From the NCBI GenBank assembly GCA_016874175.1, contig VGUP01000002.1, positions 3,983 to 67,982 on the forward strand: a stretch of DNA of 64,000 bases, written 5' to 3'. Below the pieces are notes generated by a model that did no database searches, had not been told where the DNA came from, and saw only the letters and a program-made list of their open reading frames with translations. Each line of letters begins with the position of its first letter. Position 1 is the first letter of the stretch. This document shows positions 53,474-61,856 of the stretch, in pieces. The position numbers were made by a program, and so were the translations under genes. Source of the stretch: Gammaproteobacteria bacterium. Lineage in GTDB: Bacteria > Pseudomonadota > Gammaproteobacteria > Steroidobacterales > Steroidobacteraceae.

Positions 53474-53502
53474 CCCTTGAAAGCTGCGCCGATGCCCTTA
53501 CT
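53474..53502 (+). promoter_or_regulatory. Candidate sigma32 (RpoH) heat-shock promoter of clpB
   Basis: CCCTTGAA (53474-53481), a 13-nt spacer and CCCTTACT (53495-53502), compared with the consensus CCCTTGAA-N13/14-CCCCATnT. Lies about 40 nt upstream of the clpB ATG. Confidence 0.55.
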
Positions 53503-53541
53503 TAGCCGGGTAAGCAGGCGGGTTTCGCGAGGGCAGGGCTC

Positions 53542-56124
53542 ATGCGTCAAGACAAGCTCACCGAAAAATTCCGACAAGGCCTGGCCGAGGCCCAGTCGCT
53601 CGCGCTCGGTCGCGATCACCAGATCATCGAGCCCGCGCATGTGTTGCTCGCGCTCATCGATCAGCAGGCAGGCACCGTGCGCCCGCTGCTCGTCAAGGCG
53701 GGCGGCAATCTGCCGCGGCTGCGCACGGATCTCGCTGCAGCACTCGAGCGCCTGCCCAAAGTCGAGGGCAGGCCCGGCGAAATCCACATCTCCAATGATT
53801 TGCAGCGTCTGCTCAATGTCGCCGACAAGCTCGCGCAGAACCGGGGCGATCAATATATTTCCAGCGAGCTCTACGTGCTCGCGTCCTTCGACGACAAGGC
53901 GCTGCTCGCGCGACTGTTGAAGGACGCCGGATTTTCCAAGGCCGCCATCGACAAAGCGATCGAGGAGATTCGCGGCGGCGAGCGCGTGCAGGATGCGAGC
54001 GCCGAAGAAGGTCGTCAGGCGCTCGAAAAATTCACGGTCGATCTCACGCGTCGCGCCGCCGATGGCAAGCTCGATCCGGTGATCGGTCGTGACGACGAAA
54101 TCCGTCGCACCATTCAGGTGCTGCAGCGACGCACCAAAAATAACCCCGTGCTCATCGGTGAGCCCGGGGTCGGCAAGACCGCCATCGTCGAGGGTCTCGC
54201 GCAGCGCATCATCAACGGCGAAGTACCCGAGAGCCTGCGCAACAAGCGGATTCTCGCGCTCGACATGGGCGCACTGATCGCCGGTGCCAAATTTCGTGGC
54301 GAATTCGAAGAGCGGCTCAAGGGCGTGCTCAATGATTTGGCCAAACAGGAAGGACAGGTCATCCTGTTCATCGACGAGCTACACACCATGGTCGGCGCCG
54401 GCAAGGCCGAAGGTGCGATGGATGCGGGCAATATGCTGAAGCCCGCGCTTGCGCGCGGCGAGCTGCACTGCGTTGGCGCCACCACGCTCGATGAGTATCG
54501 CAAGTACCTCGAAAAAGACGCCGCGCTCGAGCGTCGGTTCCAGAAAGTGCTGGTCGATGAGCCCTCGGTCGAGGACACCATCGCCATCCTGCGCGGTCTG
54601 CAGGAGCGTTACGAGGTGCATCACGGGGTCGACATCACCGACCCGGCGATCGTCGCCGCGGCGACCCTCTCGCATCGTTACATCGCCGATCGGCAGCTGC
54701 CCGACAAGGCTATCGATCTCATCGATGAAGCCGGCGCGCGCATCCGTATGGAGATCGATTCCAAGCCCGAAGCGCTCGACAAGCTCGAGCGGCGCATCAT
54801 TCAGCTGAAGATCGAACAGGTCGCCTTGCAAAAAGAAAAAGACGAGGCCACGCGCAAACGGCTTGCCGCGCTCGAAGAAAACCTGGGGCAGCTCGAAAAG
54901 GAGTACGCCGATCTCGAGGAAATCTGGAAGGGCGAGAAGGCGTCGTTGCAGGGTGCCTCGGGCATCAAAGAAGAGCTGGAAAAGGTCAAGAACGAGCTCG
55001 ATATCGCGCGTCGCAAGAGTGACCTCTCGCGCATGGCCGAGTTGCAGTACGGCCGCATTCCCGAGCTCGAAAAGAAGCTCGCGGCAGCGCAAGCCGCCGA
55101 GGGTCGCGCCACGCAGCTCGTGCGCAACAAGGTCACCGACGAAGAAATCGCCGAAGTGGTTTCCAAGTGGACCGGCATTCCGGTCAGCAAGATGCTCGAG
55201 GGCGAAAAAGAAAAACTGCTGCGTATGGAAGAGGCGCTGTCGCGTCGCGTGGTGGGTCAGGAGGAGGCGGTGCGTATCGTCGCCAACGCCATTCGTCGTT
55301 CGCGCGCCGGGCTCGCTGATCCGCGCCGTCCGAACGGATCGTTTTTGTTCCTCGGCCCGACGGGTGTCGGCAAGACCGAGCTCTGCAAGGCGCTGGCCGA
55401 GTTTCTCTTTGATACCGAAGAGTCGATGGTTCGCATCGACATGTCCGAGTTCATGGAAAAACACTCAGTCGCGCGACTCATCGGCGCGCCTCCGGGCTAC
55501 GTCGGATACGAGGAGGGTGGCTTTCTGACCGAGGCCGTGCGACGTCGACCCTATGCCGTCATCCTGCTCGACGAAGTCGAGAAGGCACATCCCGATGTGT
55601 TCAATGTGCTGCTGCAAGTGCTCGATGACGGTCGTCTGACTGACGGTCAAGGGCGCACGGTCGATTTTCGCAACACCGTCGTGATCATGACCTCGAACCT
55701 CGGCTCGCAGGTCATTCAGGATCACGCTGGCGAGAAGAACTACGTGCGCATGAAGAGCGCGGTACTCGAGATCGTGCAGCAGAACTTCCGCCCGGAATTC
55801 ATCAATCGCATCGACGACATCGTCGTCTTCCATCCGCTCGGCACGGAACAGATTCGCGCCATCGTCGATATCCAGCTTGGCCAACTGCGCAAGCGGCTGA
55901 TCGAGCGCAACCTCGATCTTTTGCTCGACGATGGCGCGCGCGATCTGCTCGGCGAAGCCGGCTTCGATCCTGTGTATGGCGCGCGGCCGCTCAAGCGGGC
56001 GATCCAGCAACAGATCGAAAATCCGCTCGCGCAGCAGCTATTGCAGGGGCGTTATGCACCGGGCGAGAGAATTCGGGTCGGGGTCGGTGAAGACGGTCGG
56101 CTGAGCTTCAGCAAGGCGGTATAA
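53542..56124 (+). CDS. clpB: AAA+ disaggregase ClpB
   Basis: 860 aa. Two Walker A motifs ([13 protein letters not shown] and [15 protein letters not shown]) and a long coiled-coil middle domain. rluD-pgeF-clpB synteny. Confidence 0.98.
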   Translation: MRQDKLTEKFRQGLAEAQSLALGRDHQIIEPAHVLLALIDQQAGTVRPLLVKAGGNLPRLRTDLAAALERLPKVEGRPGEIHISNDLQRLLNVADKLAQNRGDQYISSELYVLASFDDKALLARLLKDAGFSKAAIDKAIEEIRGGERVQDASAEEGRQALEKFTVDLTRRAADGKLDPVIGRDDEIRRTIQVLQRRTKNNPVLIGEPGVGKTAIVEGLAQRIINGEVPESLRNKRILALDMGALIAGAKFRGEFEERLKGVLNDLAKQEGQVILFIDELHTMVGAGKAEGAMDAGNMLKPALARGELHCVGATTLDEYRKYLEKDAALERRFQKVLVDEPSVEDTIAILRGLQERYEVHHGVDITDPAIVAAATLSHRYIADRQLPDKAIDLIDEAGARIRMEIDSKPEALDKLERRIIQLKIEQVALQKEKDEATRKRLAALEENLGQLEKEYADLEEIWKGEKASLQGASGIKEELEKVKNELDIARRKSDLSRMAELQYGRIPELEKKLAAAQAAEGRATQLVRNKVTDEEIAEVVSKWTGIPVSKMLEGEKEKLLRMEEALSRRVVGQEEAVRIVANAIRRSRAGLADPRRPNGSFLFLGPTGVGKTELCKALAEFLFDTEESMVRIDMSEFMEKHSVARLIGAPPGYVGYEEGGFLTEAVRRRPYAVILLDEVEKAHPDVFNVLLQVLDDGRLTDGQGRTVDFRNTVVIMTSNLGSQVIQDHAGEKNYVRMKSAVLEIVQQNFRPEFINRIDDIVVFHPLGTEQIRAIVDIQLGQLRKRLIERNLDLLLDDGARDLLGEAGFDPVYGARPLKRAIQQQIENPLAQQLLQGRYAPGERIRVGVGEDGRLSFSKAV

Positions 56125-56133
56125 TTCGGTCGC

Positions 56134-56556
56134 ATGCCGTTCTACGAATACGAGTGCAAGGCCTGCGGCTCGCAGACCGAGGTACTGCGAAAAATTACCG
56201 ACAAACCGCTGCGCAAGTGCGCCGAGTGCGGCAAGAACACGCTCATCAAGCTCGTGTCCGCGCCGATTTTCCGGCTCAAGGGTGGCGGCTGGTACGAGAC
56301 CGACTTCAAAACCGAACAGGACAAGAAGCGCAATCTTGCCGGCGCCGAGGGCAAGGAAGACAAGGCTGAGAGCAAAGGCGAGTCCAGCGCCGACGCCAAA
56401 GCCGATTCCAAAGCGGACGCGAAAACCGACGCCAAGGCGGACACCAAGGCCGACTCCAAAACCGAGGCCAAGGCCGAAACCAAAACCGAAGCCAAAGGCG
56501 GAAAAAAGCCGCCTGCCAAAAGCGTGCGTAGCACCAAGGCACGCAAGGGCAAATGA
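56134..56556 (+). CDS. FmdB-family CxxC_CxxC zinc-ribbon protein with Lys/Ala/Asp/Thr-repeat tail
   Basis: MPFYEYECKACGSQTEVLRKITDKPLRKCAECG...KGGGWYETDF matches the CxxC_CxxC_SSSS zinc-ribbon family. It is followed by a low-complexity [AT][DE]xK repeat tail. Confidence 0.85.
   Translation: MPFYEYECKACGSQTEVLRKITDKPLRKCAECGKNTLIKLVSAPIFRLKGGGWYETDFKTEQDKKRNLAGAEGKEDKAESKGESSADAKADSKADAKTDAKADTKADSKTEAKAETKTEAKGGKKPPAKSVRSTKARKGK
56389..56496 (+). repeat. Nine imperfect in-frame 12-nt tandem repeats
   Basis: The repeats encode ADAK ADSK ADAK TDAK ADTK ADSK TEAK AETK TEAK. The unit is approximately GCC GAC GCC AAA. Confidence 0.85.
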
Positions 56557-57935
56557 TTTCGGCGCCGCCGGCGTCGACCTGGTCACGGCTCGTCGAGCGC
56601 GAGCGTCAGCAATTCATTGAGCGCCGGACGCGCTCCCGCCAGCTCGCCGAACGCGCGCGAGCGCACTGGCTCTCCGGTGTGCCCATGCATTGGATGGCCG
56701 ATTGGGGGACGCCTTTTCCGCTGTCCTTCTCGGCGGCCGAAGGTACGTCGCTGCGCGATGTCGATGGCATCGAATACGTCGATTTTTGTCTCGGTGACAC
56801 GGGCGCCTTGTTTGGGCACTCGCCGCCCGCGATCGCGGCGGCGATTACTCGGCAGGCTGCGCGCGGGCTTACTTGCATGCTGCCCGATGAGCGCGTTGCC
56901 GCGGTCGGCGAAGCGCTGGCCTCGCGCTTCGGTCTGCCGTTCTGGCAGGTGACGCAAACCGCAACCGAGGCCAACCGCGCGGTATTGCGCTGGGCGCGAG
57001 CGCTCACCGGACGACCCAAAGTATTGGTGTTTCAAGGCTGCTATCACGGCACCGTCGACGAGACGATGGTCCGGCTGCGTGCAGGTCGCACCGTGGCGCG
57101 CGAAGGCGCCATCGGTCCGCCCTTCGATAATGCAGCCGCAGCGAAAGTCATCGAGTTCAATGATTTCGATGCCCTGGAGCCCGCGCTTGCGGTGGGTGAC
57201 GTAGCGGCGGTGATCACCGAGCCGGTGATGACCAACATCGGAATGGTGCTGCCAGCGCCGGGTTTTTTGGCGGCGCTGCGTGAACTCACGCGGCGCTACG
57301 ACGTACCGCTGGTGATCGACGAAACCCACACCATTTCTTCGGGCCCCGCGGGCTACGCGCTTGGCGCCGGCCATGCGGGTACCGCCGGCGATGCGGGAGC
57401 GCAGGGCCTCGCGCCCGATTTCTGGGTCTGCGGCAAGGCCATCGCGGGCGGTCTGCCCTGCGCCGTATTCGGCTTCACCGCCGAGATCGAGTCGCGGATG
57501 CGCCGACTACTGCGAAACCGCGAGACGGGTCACTCCGGCATGGGGACCACGCTCGCGGCCAATCCGCTGGTCTTCGCTGCACTCGAGGCGGCGCTCGCGC
57601 ATTTGCATACCGAGGCGACGCACGCGGCGATAGACGAGCGGGCGCGGTATCTGGAGCAGAGCCTGCGCAAAATCTTTGACGTGCGCGGGCTGGATTGGCA
57701 TGTGTCGCGTGTCGGTGCGCGCCTCGAATTCGGCTTCGGTCCGGCGCCCCGCAACGGCAGCGAGGCCGAAGCGGCGATGCGGCCCGAGTATGAGCACGCA
57801 CTGCACCTCTGGCTGCTCAATCGCGGCTTGCTGGTGACGCCGTTCCACAACATGATGCTGACCGCGCCGATGCTGCCGACAGCCGCGATCGATACGCTTT
57901 GCCACGAGATCGGAGCCTTCATCGATGCCACCTAG
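56553..57935 (+). CDS. Class-III (GSA-aminomutase-like) PLP-dependent aminotransferase
   Basis: 460 aa. DFCLGDTGALFGHSP, TQTATEANRAVLRWAR, VITEPVMTNIGMV, VIDETHT and the PLP-lysine context VCGKAIAGG. ATGA overlap with the zinc-ribbon gene stop. Confidence 0.85.
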   Translation: MISAPPASTWSRLVERERQQFIERRTRSRQLAERARAHWLSGVPMHWMADWGTPFPLSFSAAEGTSLRDVDGIEYVDFCLGDTGALFGHSPPAIAAAITRQAARGLTCMLPDERVAAVGEALASRFGLPFWQVTQTATEANRAVLRWARALTGRPKVLVFQGCYHGTVDETMVRLRAGRTVAREGAIGPPFDNAAAAKVIEFNDFDALEPALAVGDVAAVITEPVMTNIGMVLPAPGFLAALRELTRRYDVPLVIDETHTISSGPAGYALGAGHAGTAGDAGAQGLAPDFWVCGKAIAGGLPCAVFGFTAEIESRMRRLLRNRETGHSGMGTTLAANPLVFAALEAALAHLHTEATHAAIDERARYLEQSLRKIFDVRGLDWHVSRVGARLEFGFGPAPRNGSEAEAAMRPEYEHALHLWLLNRGLLVTPFHNMMLTAPMLPTAAIDTLCHEIGAFIDAT

Positions 57936-59310
57936 CGAAACTCCGGTAGCGTTCCTTAAAGAAAACAGCGATGTCGAGGCCGTACAGCTGTTCATCACCG
58001 ATCCTTCGGGCGTGCCGCGTGGCAAGACCGCGAGTATCGGCGAACTGGAGCGGCTGTTCGCACATGGGCGACCGGTGGCCGGGTCCATTCTGGGTCTCGA
58101 TATCACGGGCACGGACGTCGATGGCAGCGGGCTCGTTTGGGATACCGGCGATGCCGATCTCATCTGCAGACCGGTGCCCGGCACCCTGTCACGGGCGCCG
58201 TGGCTTGCGCGACCCACGGCGCAACTCATGCTCTCGATGTATGCCCTCGGCGGCACACCGGCGCCTGCCGATCCGCGCCACGTGCTTGCGCGCGCCATCG
58301 AGCGACTGCGCGCGCGTGGTCTGCGTCCCGTACTTGCCGTGGAGCTCGAATTTTACCTGCTGCGCGCTGGACAGCCTGCGGGCTCGATTGCGCGTGGCGA
58401 GGGCCGCATCGAGGCTTACGGACTCGCGCGGCTCGAGGAGCTCGCGCCCGTGTTCGACGAGGTGTACGCCGCGGCACGTCTGCAGGGTATTCCCGCCGAA
58501 ACTTTGATGTCCGAGTATGCGCCCGGGCAGTTCGAGATCACCCTCACGCACCGCGACGATGCATTGCGCGCCGTCGATGAGGCGATTCTGCTAAAGAGAT
58601 TGCTGCGGGGCGTGGCGGCCAAGCACGGTCTCGTGGCCACGTTCATGGCCAAGCCGTTCGTCGATCTCGCCGGCAGCGGCATGCATTTGCACGTCAGCCT
58701 CGCGGCGGCTGGCACTGACGCGGGCGCCTCAGGCGATTTGGCATCGCGCAATTCGACATCCGGCAATTTCTTTGCCAGCGACGATCTAGCGGGCACGCCG
58801 CTGATGCGTCAGGCCATCGCGGGCCTGAAGGCGACCATGGCCGAGAGCCTGCTGGTGTTCGCACCGAACGGCAATTCCTATCGGCGATTCCGTAGTCAAA
58901 GTTATGCGCCGATCGCCGCGAGTTGGGGCATCAACAACCGCTCGGTGTCCATTCGGGCGCCGTTGGGGCCGCCAGCGTCGCGTCACCTCGAGCATCGAAT
59001 CGCCGGCGCCGATGCCAATCCCTATCTCGCCGCGGCAACCGTGCTGGCCGGTATCGAGCGCGGCATCGTCCATGAGCTCGACCCCGGGCCACCCGTCACC
59101 GGCAACGGTTACCGCGATCCTGCGGTCAAGCGCGAATTGCCGCAGACCTGGCAGGAGGCCATCGACCGCGCCGCCGCTTCGCAATTTTTGCGGGCGGCAC
59201 TCGGTGCGGAGTTCCTCAAAATATTTCTTGCCATCAAGCGTCAGGAGTGCGATCGGTTCTCGGCCGAGGTGACGGATCTCGACCGATCGTGGTATCTACA
59301 CAGCACATGA
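57925..59310 (+). CDS. Glutamine synthetase-family ligase (gamma-glutamyl-amine synthetase-like, PuuA/PauA type)
   Basis: 461 aa. ELEFYLL, SEYAPGQFEI, AKPFVDLAGSGMHLHVSL, NSYRRF and NRSVSIR motifs. 11-nt overlap with the aminotransferase gene. Confidence 0.85.
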   Translation: MPPSETPVAFLKENSDVEAVQLFITDPSGVPRGKTASIGELERLFAHGRPVAGSILGLDITGTDVDGSGLVWDTGDADLICRPVPGTLSRAPWLARPTAQLMLSMYALGGTPAPADPRHVLARAIERLRARGLRPVLAVELEFYLLRAGQPAGSIARGEGRIEAYGLARLEELAPVFDEVYAAARLQGIPAETLMSEYAPGQFEITLTHRDDALRAVDEAILLKRLLRGVAAKHGLVATFMAKPFVDLAGSGMHLHVSLAAAGTDAGASGDLASRNSTSGNFFASDDLAGTPLMRQAIAGLKATMAESLLVFAPNGNSYRRFRSQSYAPIAASWGINNRSVSIRAPLGPPASRHLEHRIAGADANPYLAAATVLAGIERGIVHELDPGPPVTGNGYRDPAVKRELPQTWQEAIDRAAASQFLRAALGAEFLKIFLAIKRQECDRFSAEVTDLDRSWYLHST

Positions 59311-60020
59311 GCAGCGATGACCTCGAACACACTTCCACAGCCGCCCGCGCCGACGCGCGAGCGCGATTACTGAGTCACATCGATCTGCACGATTCGCCAC
59401 AGGGCGAGGTTCAGGGCGGCGCCGGCGGCTACAGCGAAGAGGCCTTCGCCGAGCTCGGTCGACTGGTCGAGGCGCTCAAACCGCTCACGCCGATTGCCGC
59501 GCCCATGAACGCTCAAGAGCGCGTCGAGGGGCGCTGGGAAACTCTTTTTGCGCACTTTGGCGCTCGGCACTCGGCCTTCAAGGCGAAAGTGCACGAGTCC
59601 AACCTCAAGATTCAGAGCTTCAATCTGTTGCCGCCAATACCGGTGCGCATCGAGCGGATCTGCCAAGAAATCTCCCGTACCGGGGCCGCCTACAATAACG
59701 TCATCGACTTCGTGGCGATGGATGGTCGGACTCGCGGGCTGATCATCATGCATGGCCGCTACCGCGAGGAGGCCGACAATCGGCAGCGGTTTGCGGTCGA
59801 TTTTTACCGTGTCGAACTGCGCCCGGCTCCCGGGGTTACCGAAGCCGACTTGCGGGCGGCCCTGGAGCTGCCCGCCGACATATCCCTGATCCACGAACTC
59901 ACGCCGCCCCGGCTGCACTCGGACGTCGTTTATCTCGATGACGATCTGCGCATCAATGTCGGCAGTTTTGGCGGCTTGTACGTGCTGCGGCGCTCGACCG
60001 ACAGGCCGGCGACCATTTGA
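59307..60020 (+). CDS. PAP/fibrillin-like protein (tentative)
   Basis: 237 aa. [32 protein letters not shown] and the C-terminal [23 protein letters not shown] resemble the hallmarks of the plastid-lipid-associated protein (fibrillin) family, namely LnG.W.LlY and tYLDedlRI.RG..G..FVl. ATGA overlap with the GS-like gene stop. Confidence 0.6.
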   Translation: MSSDDLEHTSTAARADARARLLSHIDLHDSPQGEVQGGAGGYSEEAFAELGRLVEALKPLTPIAAPMNAQERVEGRWETLFAHFGARHSAFKAKVHESNLKIQSFNLLPPIPVRIERICQEISRTGAAYNNVIDFVAMDGRTRGLIIMHGRYREEADNRQRFAVDFYRVELRPAPGVTEADLRAALELPADISLIHELTPPRLHSDVVYLDDDLRINVGSFGGLYVLRRSTDRPATI

Positions 60021-60073
60021 CACTGCACGAGAGTGGCGGCGGGACGGCCGAGTTTGTAACATCCCGGCCCCTT

Positions 60074-61855
60074 ATGCGCACACATTACTGCGGACAGGTC
60101 AACGAGACCCTCATCGGCAGCACCGTCACGGTTGCAGGCTGGGTTCATCGGCGTCGTGATCACGGCGGCGTCATCTTCGTGGACCTGCGCGATCGCGAGG
60201 GGCTACTGCAGGTGGTCTGTGACCCCGACGCCGCCGAAGTCTTCGCCGAGGCCGAGAAACTGCGCAACGAATACGTCGTCAGCATCACCGGTTCGGTGCG
60301 TCCGCGCCCCGACGGCACGACCAATGCGAACCTCGCCTCGGGCAAAGTCGAGATGCTCGCGCGGCGCATCGAACTTTTGAACCGCTCGGAGTCCTTGCCG
60401 TTCCAGCTCGACGAGAATGTGTCTGAGGAAGTGCGATTGAAGTATCGCTACCTCGATCTGCGTCGCGACGTCATGAGTCAGCGCCTGCGGCAGCGTCATC
60501 AAATTACGCGCGCGATGCGCAATTACCTCGATGACGCGGGCTTCGTCGACATCGAAACGCCGATGCTGACCAAGGCCACGCCCGAAGGTGCGCGCGACTA
60601 TCTCGTGCCGTCGCGCACGCACGCCGGTAAATTCTTTGCCTTGCCGCAGTCGCCGCAGATCTTCAAGCAGTTGCTGATGGTCGCGGGCTTCGATCGTTAC
60701 TACCAGATCGTGCGCTGTTTCCGCGACGAGGATCTGCGTGCCGATCGCCAGCCCGACTTCACCCAGCTCGATATCGAAACCTCGTTCCTGTCGCAGGACG
60801 AGATCATGTCGATCATGGAAGGTCTGATCCGCCATATCTTCAAGACCGTCGGCAATGTCGAGCTGCCGGAGCCCTTTCCGCGCATGACCTATGCGGAGGC
60901 CATGCGCCGCTACGCGAGCGACAAGCCCGATCTGCGTATCCCGCTCGAACTCGTCGATGTCGCCGATCTGGTCGCGACCTGCGATTTTAAAGTATTCGCC
61001 GGGCCCGCGAAAGACCCGAACGGTCGAGTGGTCGCGCTGCGTGTGCCTGCGGGCGGCAAGCTGACCCGCAAAGAAATCGACGATTACACGGCCTATGTGG
61101 CGCGATACGGTGCGCGCGGGCTGGCGTACATCAAGGTCAATGAAATCGCCAAGGGCTGCGAGGGCCTGCAGTCGCCGATCATCAAGTTCCTGTCCGACGA
61201 GGCCGTGGCTAGGATCCTCGCGCGCAGCGGCGCACAGAACGACGACCTCATTTTCTTTGGTTCCGACAGCGCCAAAGTAGTCAACGACTCGATGGGCGCG
61301 CTGCGCCTGCGGATCGGTCATGACCTGAAGTTGCTGACGGGCGCCTGGGCCCCGTTGTGGGTGATCGACTTCCCCATGTTCGAGTTCGATGCCGACGATA
61401 AGCGCTGGGTGGCCATGCATCACCCGTTCACCTCACCAAAGAATCTCGACCCCGAAGCACTCAAGGCCGACCCGGGCAACGCCCTCGCCAAAGCCTATGA
61501 CATGGTGCTCAATGGCTCCGAGATCGGCGGTGGCTCGGTGCGCATCTTCCGTCAGGATTTGCAGTCGACCGTATTCGATCTGCTCGGCATCGAAACCGAA
61601 GAAGCCCGGCGCAAGTTCGGCTTTTTGCTCGATGCCCTCAAGTACGGGGCGCCGCCGCATGGCGGTATCGCCTTCGGTCTCGACCGACTCGCCATGCTGA
61701 TGTCGGGCGCCGACAGCATCCGCGACGTCATTGCATTCCCCAAAACGCAGACGGCTGCTTGCCCGCTCACCGACGCGCCGACGGAAGTCACCGAGCGTCA
61801 GTTGCGCGAGTTGCATATCCGCGCGCGCCAGCCGCCGCAGGCGACCAATCAGTGA
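60074..61855 (+). CDS. aspS: Aspartate--tRNA ligase
   Basis: [43 protein letters not shown] and class II motifs ([30 protein letters not shown]). The ORF-track start at 60017 is an extension. Confidence 0.97.
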   Translation: MRTHYCGQVNETLIGSTVTVAGWVHRRRDHGGVIFVDLRDREGLLQVVCDPDAAEVFAEAEKLRNEYVVSITGSVRPRPDGTTNANLASGKVEMLARRIELLNRSESLPFQLDENVSEEVRLKYRYLDLRRDVMSQRLRQRHQITRAMRNYLDDAGFVDIETPMLTKATPEGARDYLVPSRTHAGKFFALPQSPQIFKQLLMVAGFDRYYQIVRCFRDEDLRADRQPDFTQLDIETSFLSQDEIMSIMEGLIRHIFKTVGNVELPEPFPRMTYAEAMRRYASDKPDLRIPLELVDVADLVATCDFKVFAGPAKDPNGRVVALRVPAGGKLTRKEIDDYTAYVARYGARGLAYIKVNEIAKGCEGLQSPIIKFLSDEAVARILARSGAQNDDLIFFGSDSAKVVNDSMGALRLRIGHDLKLLTGAWAPLWVIDFPMFEFDADDKRWVAMHHPFTSPKNLDPEALKADPGNALAKAYDMVLNGSEIGGGSVRIFRQDLQSTVFDLLGIETEEARRKFGFLLDALKYGAPPHGGIAFGLDRLAMLMSGADSIRDVIAFPKTQTAACPLTDAPTEVTERQLRELHIRARQPPQATNQ

Positions 61856-61856
61856 T

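Noticed and set aside
56389-56496. Tandem 12-nt repeats as a possible CRISPR or minisatellite
   Set aside because: The units are contiguous, with no spacers. They are only 12 nt long and in frame within a coding sequence, so they form a low-complexity protein tail.
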